NCBI GenBank assembly: GCA_001643675.2
Contig: LSRY02000021.1
Coordinates: 124,001-188,000 of the forward strand
Origin: Monocercomonoides exilis PA203
Taxonomy: Eukaryota; Protista; Preaxostyla
Direction: 5' to 3'
DNA: 64,000 bases
Shown here: in pieces, positions 56,351-64,000 of the stretch
How positions within the stretch are numbered: the first letter of the stretch is position 1
Layout of the letters: the number at the start of each line of letters is the position of its first letter
Notes under the pieces: model-generated
The model's database searches: none
What the model was told of the DNA's origin: nothing
Seen by the model: only the letters and a program-made list of their open reading frames with translations
Made by a program: the position numbers and the translations under genes

Positions 56351-59300
56351 CTAACAATTTTCTTCAATAGACTTTTCAATGATTAATTTAATTGCATGCG
56401 AGTATGCAATCAGCACTAAAACTGATAAGATAAATTTATCATAAGCCTGGTCCGTCGATAAACTTTGAGATATAGTTTTTATTAAAAGTTTAGATAAATC
56501 ATTCAATGTGGTATTTTGTTTAATATATGTAATTCGATGAAATTTCTCTTCGTTGGACTTAAAAGTTTGCCCTAACGGTGGAAATTCCTTGGAAAATGAT
56601 TTGCCCGGAGCGATTTGAAGATGTCCATTAAATGCAAGATAGACTGGGAGTGAATTAATAAAATGATAGGCTGCACTCATTGTTACGTTGTAACTACCCT
56701 TTTGGAACTTGCTCAATGAACTTTGCAAAAAAGATGAGTTTGAAGGAATCGAAAAAATAGAATCTGAACGAATATGAGAAGCGCTTTCTTGTGCTTTTTG
56801 TGGATCTGAATGAACGCTATTTAATGAAGAATAGGATGTGGAAGAAATGACTGAAGAAGCTTGAGATGATGCTGAATGTGTTGCGAATGTTGGATAAAAC
56901 AATTTCTCCGAATTGTGAAATGAGGAGGATGCTGCGGAAGCAGCTGAAATGAGAGGGAATTTTTCATGTTGAGGTGACAACTCGCGACAAATTGAAAGAG
57001 GGATGTGCTGAAAGAAAAAGGGACTTTTGTGCTCGAATGCGTGGATAAGATGAGAAACAATGAAATGTGGATTGAACAACTGTGAAAATAGATGAGCAAG
57101 AAATTCCTGTTTTGAAAGCAAAATGTCTTTGTGAAACTGAATATTGGCAACGGATTCAGCGTCAATTGTTGTAGATGCTTCACTTGATAATCTTTCAAAA
57201 GAAAATGATTGAGTTGTTATTGATGAAGGTTCAAAGGGTGAATATATTTTTAAGTGGTCGATTTTGTTTGAATATGTGGGAGAAGCAAGTAATGTGAAAA
57301 AATGCAATGATTTATCTTTTTCTTTGTTCGTAAAAGTGTACTCGTCAAGCGGCAGAAGAGGAACAGAAGAAATAATTGGACCATTCACTTCAAACAAGGC
57401 AGAAATTATTGCAGCACTTTGATGGGAATTCTGCTGTTGCTTCGAAACAGAATTTGATGCACCTTTTGAGATGTTTTCATAAAAGAAAGATGAAAGAAGA
57501 GGATTTATGTCAAAGTAACTCTTTGGCTCATTTTCTTTAAAGGTTTCATTTGCATATATTGAATGTGTTGATTCTTCGGCTTGTGAACAAGTCTTTTCAT
57601 TTTCTGCTGATATATGATGACATCCTGCAGGTTGTTCGTTATTAATCAAAGTATTTTGTTGTACCGCTTTTGATGAATGCTTAGCAAGTTCGTTCTTCTG
57701 CCTCAAAGAAGCAAATGCCGAAAAAGAAGGAGTAGCTACATTGAAGCGAAAGAACAAATAAGGAGAATCGTCTCCTTCTGAAGGTGTGATTATTTGACGA
57801 TGATGTATTTTATTCGAAATTCTGCTGGAAGAAGGTTGAGTGCATACAAGTCCAGAATTTAATTCTTTAGGCGTCGAAAGTGGAGATGATGTTATTTGAG
57901 GAGAATGATTTGTTTTATTACTTAAGTTTATATCTCCATCAAATTCGCTGATGAATTGCCCATCCGAAGTCTGAATCGCTTTAACTGATGGACTTTCTTC
58001 TTCCTTAGAGGATGGCACTGGGAAAGTCGAAGACGATGGCAATGAACATTCAATGTCATCATCAAAAGACAGATATTCGCAACCCTTTGGACAAACAGAC
58101 GAATATGGCTCCTTTATTTTCACAGATGCTTTCGTCATAAAATGAACTGAGTCTGGCGGAATAAAAAGTGAATTCAGCAACTTCGTTTGCTGAGATAACA
58201 TCTCATTGTTTTTGTCGTAGTAATCATACAGTTGATCGCTTTCGGATAATGTGACATACCACAAAAATTGCTCCAAAGAAAAATGTGAAATTGATTTAAA
58301 GTATTTTTCTCCTTCAGACGTATGCAGATAAGTCTTGGGTTCAAACATATGCGTACCAATGTTTTGGTTCAAACATTCTGTGAGTTGCACAAGTTTGTTA
58401 TCCAAGCTTGCTTTGATCTCTTTTGACGAAGGAAGATTCAACGGTCTAATATTACTGCTCAGAGATTCTAAGGAAATATGAGGAATCGCCTTTTGTGGAC
58501 TACTCAATTCTTGTTTGCTTTGACTTGAAGGTGCCAACTCTTCAATTTTCGATGCTTCATGTTCAACTGTTTTATCTTTTTTGCCTTCTTTCTCTACGAT
58601 CTCTTCTTCATTTTCCTTTTTCTCCCTTTTTTCTTCGTTCTTTTCCTCCTTCTTTTCTTCATTCTTTTCTTCATTCTTTTCTTCAGACTTTTCGTCGGAT
58701 TTTTCATCAAATTTTTCTTCAGATTTTTCTTCATTCTTTTCATCATTCTTTTCCTTTTCATTTTCCTTTTTGGCTTCGGTTTGGGTTTGGGTTTGGGTTT
58801 GGGTTTGGATTTGGATTTGGATTTGGGTTTGGGTTTGGGTGATGGCTTGCGTTTGCGTTTGCGTTTGTGCTTGTGTTTGTGCCTGTGCCTGTGCTTGAGC
58901 TTGTGCTTGTGCTTGAGCCTTATCGCCATAATCATTTTTATGATCATAATCTTCTTCTTCTCTCACCTCTATTTTTTCATTTTCCGTTTCATCTTCTTTC
59001 CGAAATCTTTTTTCAGATTTGCAGGTAATTTTATCTGGAAAACTTCTCAATCTGTTTTTTTGCTCCAGTTCATTCTCAAATAGAGAAGCTTTTACTTGTC
59101 TAAATGCTTCTTTGTCGATTCCATAAAAGCTATTTGAAGATAATCTTCCTTTCTTTTTGTCTTCTTTCTCTTTGGAAACATTTAATTTCTTTTTCGTTGT
59201 CATTCGAGTTTGTAGAACGCTTTTTCCTTTATGAAAATCTTCATTCACATCTCCAAAATCTTTTACTAAACTTTCAATAGCTGTTTTGTTTTTGTCGATT

Positions 59301-60901
59301 CCATCATTTATAATTTTTTCCATATTGTTAATTGGAAACATTATGCTTGGATAATAATTTCCAACAACACTTGTCAAATTTTGCGTTGGTATCATTGGAT
59401 ACTCCATATAATTAGTAAAATATGGGTAAAACTGCATTGCATTCGCACTTCCAAAATTTTGTCCTGCAAATTGATTGTTGTCAAACGATGAATCTGAAAA
59501 CAACATTGTCAGCTCCCTTTTTGGTTTTTTCTTGACTTCAGGCTTAGCGGTGAAATCTTCGTTTTTTTCCTTTTCAGAAACGATATTTGCTTCATGCGCG
59601 TTTGTTTCGCTTTTGTCGCTTTGACCATCACGAAGATTTTTCTCGGTCATCCCTTCTGTTTTTTCGGTGCGAACCTCATTTTCCTCAATTGGCAATGCGC
59701 TTGTAGAACTTTCTCCTTGATCTTTTGGCTGAAAATAATCTTTTTCTTTGTTTGAACGTAAATAGCCCCATCCATTTTCAGGTGTTGAGTCTGATTTATC
59801 CGTTTGTTCATTAAGTTCTGCTCCATAGCCGACAGACTTATTGTCCACATCGTCTAACAGATAAAGAAGTTCGCGACTCAGGCGAGGATATTTTTTTGAC
59901 TTCTTTTTCTTTGTTTTTTCTTTCTTTGTCTCTTCTTCCATTTCTCGAGTTACAAATTGCGTGATATTTTGTAATTGAACTTTTGGTATGCTCGAAAATT
60001 CTTCAATTTTCGATCGTCCGTCAACGCTTTCTTGCATTTGCTTGTTAGGAGATGAATTATCAATAAATGAAGATTCAGATGATTGGAAGCTGAACATACG
60101 ATTAAGCAAATTTGAAGATGAAAAATTTTCCGAACATGTAGAATTAAGTGTTGTTGAATTCAAACGAGAAGGAGATGAAAAATGAAATTTTGGCTTTGTT
60201 TCAATTTTCGTTGATATCGTATCTTTATTTGTAATTGAAGCTTTTTGGCTGTAGTCTGATTCAAATTCATCAATCTTCGAAGTTGTCGTCAGGTCATCTT
60301 TTAAATTAAGTGATGTTGTTGCACGGCATTTATTTTGAGAGTTTTCGCAGGGTATAATAGTTGAAGAATTTTGAGCAAGCATTTGATTGTGTTGATGCAA
60401 CTTTTTTGGATCTTCCGCAGGAAGAGAACCTTGGCAATTAGCACGCATTTTTGAACCTTGGTGCAAGATGCAAGATGAAATTTCGCATACATCTTTGATT
60501 TCTTCATTTGGCATCATTTCAAAAATATTAAAATATTTCTGAGAATGCACTAAAGAATTTTGAATGCATTTTGGAGGTGGAAGACTTAACACATTCGAAG
60601 ATTTAGTCCCGGTTGAGATGGTTGCAAGCGTGTTTTTCTTACAATCATGTCGAAATGACACTTTATCGTTTGAATGGCTTTCTGCATTTATTTTTTCAAA
60701 AGATGTTTGCGTTTCTAATTGAAGAGAGCAAAGGCTATTCGTTTGCGTGTTTCTAAAAAATGTTTCCATGCTGTTATGTCCTCTTTTTGGTGAATAAGCA
60801 TAAGATGCTATATTACTTGTTTCTGGATATTTTTGAGGCTCTTTAAAAATTGCATTTGTTGCTCCAGGTTTTATGTTATAAAAGTATAATGGATTAAACA
60901 T
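56351..60901 (-). CDS. Intronless 1516 aa hypothetical low-complexity protein
   Basis: 4.5 kb open frame in AT-rich DNA. S/K/E/N-rich with QA/QT/QI dipeptide and NEEK/SEEK repeats. No domain recognised. Confidence 0.75.
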   Translation of the reverse strand: MFNPLYFYNIKPGATNAIFKEPQKYPETSNIASYAYSPKRGHNSMETFFRNTQTNSLCSLQLETQTSFEKINAESHSNDKVSFRHDCKKNTLATISTGTKSSNVLSLPPPKCIQNSLVHSQKYFNIFEMMPNEEIKDVCEISSCILHQGSKMRANCQGSLPAEDPKKLHQHNQMLAQNSSTIIPCENSQNKCRATTSLNLKDDLTTTSKIDEFESDYSQKASITNKDTISTKIETKPKFHFSSPSRLNSTTLNSTCSENFSSSNLLNRMFSFQSSESSFIDNSSPNKQMQESVDGRSKIEEFSSIPKVQLQNITQFVTREMEEETKKEKTKKKKSKKYPRLSRELLYLLDDVDNKSVGYGAELNEQTDKSDSTPENGWGYLRSNKEKDYFQPKDQGESSTSALPIEENEVRTEKTEGMTEKNLRDGQSDKSETNAHEANIVSEKEKNEDFTAKPEVKKKPKRELTMLFSDSSFDNNQFAGQNFGSANAMQFYPYFTNYMEYPMIPTQNLTSVVGNYYPSIMFPINNMEKIINDGIDKNKTAIESLVKDFGDVNEDFHKGKSVLQTRMTTKKKLNVSKEKEDKKKGRLSSNSFYGIDKEAFRQVKASLFENELEQKNRLRSFPDKITCKSEKRFRKEDETENEKIEVREEEDYDHKNDYGDKAQAQAQAQAQAQAQTQAQTQTQTQAITQTQTQIQIQIQTQTQTQTQTEAKKENEKEKNDEKNEEKSEEKFDEKSDEKSEEKNEEKNEEKKEEKNEEKREKKENEEEIVEKEGKKDKTVEHEASKIEELAPSSQSKQELSSPQKAIPHISLESLSSNIRPLNLPSSKEIKASLDNKLVQLTECLNQNIGTHMFEPKTYLHTSEGEKYFKSISHFSLEQFLWYVTLSESDQLYDYYDKNNEMLSQQTKLLNSLFIPPDSVHFMTKASVKIKEPYSSVCPKGCEYLSFDDDIECSLPSSSTFPVPSSKEEESPSVKAIQTSDGQFISEFDGDINLSNKTNHSPQITSSPLSTPKELNSGLVCTQPSSSRISNKIHHRQIITPSEGDDSPYLFFRFNVATPSFSAFASLRQKNELAKHSSKAVQQNTLINNEQPAGCHHISAENEKTCSQAEESTHSIYANETFKENEPKSYFDINPLLSSFFYENISKGASNSVSKQQQNSHQSAAIISALFEVNGPIISSVPLLPLDEYTFTNKEKDKSLHFFTLLASPTYSNKIDHLKIYSPFEPSSITTQSFSFERLSSEASTTIDAESVANIQFHKDILLSKQEFLAHLFSQLFNPHFIVSHLIHAFEHKSPFFFQHIPLSICRELSPQHEKFPLISAASAASSSFHNSEKLFYPTFATHSASSQASSVISSTSYSSLNSVHSDPQKAQESASHIRSDSIFSIPSNSSFLQSSLSKFQKGSYNVTMSAAYHFINSLPVYLAFNGHLQIAPGKSFSKEFPPLGQTFKSNEEKFHRITYIKQNTTLNDLSKLLIKTISQSLSTDQAYDKFILSVLVLIAYSHAIKLIIEKSIEENC
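58620..58918 (-). repeat. Coding tandem repeats: 6-bp units (QA/QT/QI) and 12-bp units (NEEK/SEEK)
   Basis: (TTTGGG/TTTGGA/TGTGCT)n and (TTCATTCTTTTC)-like units, in frame in ORF 56351-60901. Confidence 0.85.
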
Positions 60902-61024
60902 CTCTTAAACGAAATGTCCCTGCGCACAGAGCCAACAAAAAAAATTTAAAAAAGTGATCCTCGCCCACTATATTACAAATTTTATGAAATTGGAGAAAAG
61001 TATTTGAAGTTTATTTGGTCGGCA

Positions 61025-63006
61025 ATGTCAACAAGGAAGTTCACGCGCGCAAATAGAGGATCAAAAATAAATCAGTTGATTTCTGAGGATGCTTTCAATA
61101 AGAATGAGTTCTGGGGTTCTGATGCAATGAAACAATTTTTTGAAGAAGAAGATGATGATGATGCTTTTGTTTCAGAGGGTTTGAATAAATTATTCATACT
61201 TATTCGATCATTTTTAAGTTATACATAAATCGTTAAATTTAAGAAGAAGAAGATGATTTTGATTCTGATTTTTTTGAATTTCAACAATCAGAAGAAGATG
61301 AAGAAAGCATTGAACAAGGAGAAGAACAAAGTGAAAAATCGGTTAGAATACTTTTGATATTGAAATTCATATTATTTAATTTAGCAAAATTCAAAAAGAC
61401 ATTTTGAATACATTGATCCAAAAAAACAGAAATCAAAAATCGGAAATTCGAAACATAAACGAAATGAAGATAACCTCGAAGTTTGTACATTGGCATTAAA
61501 AAGCGATAGTGCATTCTGTGAGTCAAAAGTTAGCGAAAAAGAAATTTCAAATACCCCAGAAAAGAAACGAAATCGGAAAAAATTCACACAAAGAAGGTAT
61601 ATTGCAACGAGGCAATCAACAAAGATTGAATCAAGTGATAATAAGCAAGATTTGTCCGATAAAAATGCTACTATTTCCACTCATCGTCCAAAGAAAGAGA
61701 GAAAAATTTTTGAAAAACTTTCACAAAGCGAGATGCTGGAAGAAGCTAAAATTACAGAAAAGAAAAATACAACAAGCTTAATAGAGCAATTAAAATTAGA
61801 AGACGAGAAAAAGAAAGCAAAGAAAGTCAAGCAAAGGTACGTTTTGTTTGACTCGATTGCTTTAGATTCATTTTCATTCAAAATTCTTAAACGTGAATAT
61901 TTCTTTAATAAAATCTTTCAAATTTTAGCATCTTGTCTAAGCATATAAGATTTCTTTCAACTGAGTTTGAAATTGACCAGAGCGTCGATCCACCAACTTC
62001 CATTGATACAAAATCTGCCAAATTTGATTCGCAAGCGCTTCTTTCCACAACAACGAACACTTCTGCCTCAGCAGCAACAAGATCAGATTCACCTTCACAT
62101 TTGGGAATATCTTCGATTATCCATTACCCTGGCACGCTTGCTGATCATGTGCCTGGTTCACAGCCAAGCAATCATATTTTACAAAGCGATATTCTTTTTA
62201 GACTTTCAAACCCAATTGCAATTTCTTCTCTTCAAAATAAATCCTCTTTTTTGCCTTCTCCTTTTCATCGTCAAACTAAAACAGGTCCAATTCTTTGCTT
62301 AATAACAGGGCAGCCTGCACAGTTTATTGATCCAATTACTCGTCTCCCTTCGTCTTCTGTGAGTGCGTTCGCCGCTCTGCGCCGAATGCCGTCTGACTCA
62401 ATTGGGCTGCTGATGGCGATCTCAATGGGCAAAAAGACTGAGTGGGAAGCATGGCAGAAGAAAACGAGAAAAAGCATGCAACCAAAAGGAGATAATAAAT
62501 TAAATGAATCATCGAGGAAGAGCAAGAAGGAAAAGGAAGAACAGAAAGGAACGCCAAGAAAGAGAGCATGTAAAAATGCTGTTTCTTCAAAAGATGAAAG
62601 AGAAGCCCCTTTCAATGAAGAAAATGCACATAAAGTTACAAATGACGAAAGTGGGAGCAGAAGCTGCAGAGATCAAAATGCATCAAAAAATGACATTTTC
62701 GAAGAAGAGAACAGAAATGCTCTCCAAATGCCTCCATTTGTTTGTTTCATAAACGATGCAATCAGAAAGCTAGACTTGCTTCGGAAACCCAAAAGCAGTT
62801 CTCTTCAAGAATTTTCAGAGTCTGTTAGGCAAACTTCACTGAGACATAATCCAGAGTCAAAATTAAGTTTGTTTTCTTTTCTGCAACAGAGAAAGAAAAC
62901 ATCTTGTAGAACAAAACTATTAAAGAAAGACTCTAACGACTCTGATGAAAACACAAAAAGAAAAGATGAAGAAATTTTATTCATGAATCTTCTTCACAAC
63001 ACATGA
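61025..63006 (+). CDS. VPS72: VPS72/YL1 (SWR1/SRCAP complex H2A.Z chaperone), multi-exon
   Basis: N-terminal RANRGSKINQLI..FW..FFEEEDDDDAF..E..DDFDSDF, central LSQSEMLEEAKITEKKNTTSL, and YL1_C motif CLITGQPAQFIDPITRLP..SVSAFAALR. Introns at about 61179-61242 and 61836-61928, plus one near 61342-61384. Confidence 0.88.
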
Positions 63007-64000
63007 TTTCTACAAATTGATTTTGATTTCTATTTATTCCTTGTTTTCTAAAAGTACCTCAATTTTTTTCAAATGTCGTGATTTACACTCAATAAAAAAA
63101 TTTCAAAATAAACAGACACTTAAAATTTAATATTAAACATATTTCCCATGAAATATTTTCATCTTTTTGAAATATAATAAAAAAATATTTGGAATTTTTT
63201 ATCTAATTTCAAAAATCAATGGCTCACTCGCATTTCCATGAACTATTTGTTTTGATCATTTTTTCGTTATGAATGTTTTTAACCTTTTCTTTTTTATTAT
63301 TTTTTGATTATTTTTTAGCCAACATTTTTATTTGATTTTATTTTATCTTTTTTATCCAACGAATTTTATGAATTGTTGATGTGTTGACTTCATCATTGTT
63401 TAATGTACTGCTATCATCTTATTTATTTCATAATTTGCAAAATGTTAAAAAGGTAGTTGTTCCTAAAGAAACGTTTTTCACTCATATTTGATTTTCAAAA
63501 AAATGAAAAAAAATTTCAACATAAATGCTGAATATGCACATGTTTTGTGATAAATATTTATTTATTTTCTTTTCTATTTATATTCCGACTTTTAAGACAA
63601 TAAAAAAAGAGGGTACAGAATTCTTTCATTCATGAAAAATTTAAAAATTTGTTCCAAGTTTTTTCTTCGATCGTTTGATTTAAATTATGAAATACCGTTC
63701 AATATGGGTCATTATTTTTGAAAGCATGCAAGTTCTGTTAAAATTTTCGGTCATTTTTCATGTTTCGTAAAATTGTTAAATTTTCAAATATAACAACAAG
63801 TATATATAAAATTTATGTTAAAAACAGTTTTTTAAAATTTATTGAGTGAGCATTTGCTATTTTGAAACACAAAAGTATTTTTTTTTGCTCATTTCACTAA
63901 ATGATCATATTATTCCATCATTTTCATGACACTTCTGTTTAACTTTAGGTGATAATAATATTTTCGTGAGAAAAATGAAAAGTGAAAAAACATTATCTAT

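Noticed and set aside
58776-58840. (TTTGGG)n telomere-like run
   Set aside because: It is short, internal, degenerate and in frame as QT/QI dipeptides within a 1516 aa ORF.
1-64000. Alternative genetic code (TAA/TAG read as Gln)
   Set aside because: Multi-kilobase ORFs are open in the standard code, and TAA/TAG terminate genes at sensible positions (for example RSP4/6 and the receptors).
63007-64000. AT-rich terminal region as ncRNA or element
   Set aside because: No ORF, repeat or structured RNA signature recognised.

Overview
Intron-rich eukaryotic protist DNA using the standard genetic code and GT-AG introns. Gene content and style resemble an oxymonad (Monocercomonoides-like) metamonad genome; that assignment is inference. 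The dominant structure is a ~34 kb palindrome: two ~15 kb inverted arms (2219-17230 and 21140-36080) around a 3.9 kb non-repeated spacer. Each arm carries a GC-rich multi-exon hypothetical gene plus the last 2480 codons of a giant intronless surface receptor (beta-helix/Cys-motif modules, one TM helix, TKL-like pseudokinase). The spacer holds two different, diverged N-terminal domains facing head-to-head, each fused in frame to the identical constant region. Outside the palindrome are a radial spoke head RSP4/6 gene, two paralogues of a lineage-specific helical family, a prominin-like 5-TM gene head-to-head with a motor-less myosin TH1 gene, a ubiquitin-like domain protein, a GPC1/DUF2838 acyltransferase, a 1516 aa orphan and VPS72/YL1. 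No RNA genes, CRISPR arrays or recognisable transposon ORFs were seen. All homology calls come from motif recognition, not database searches.
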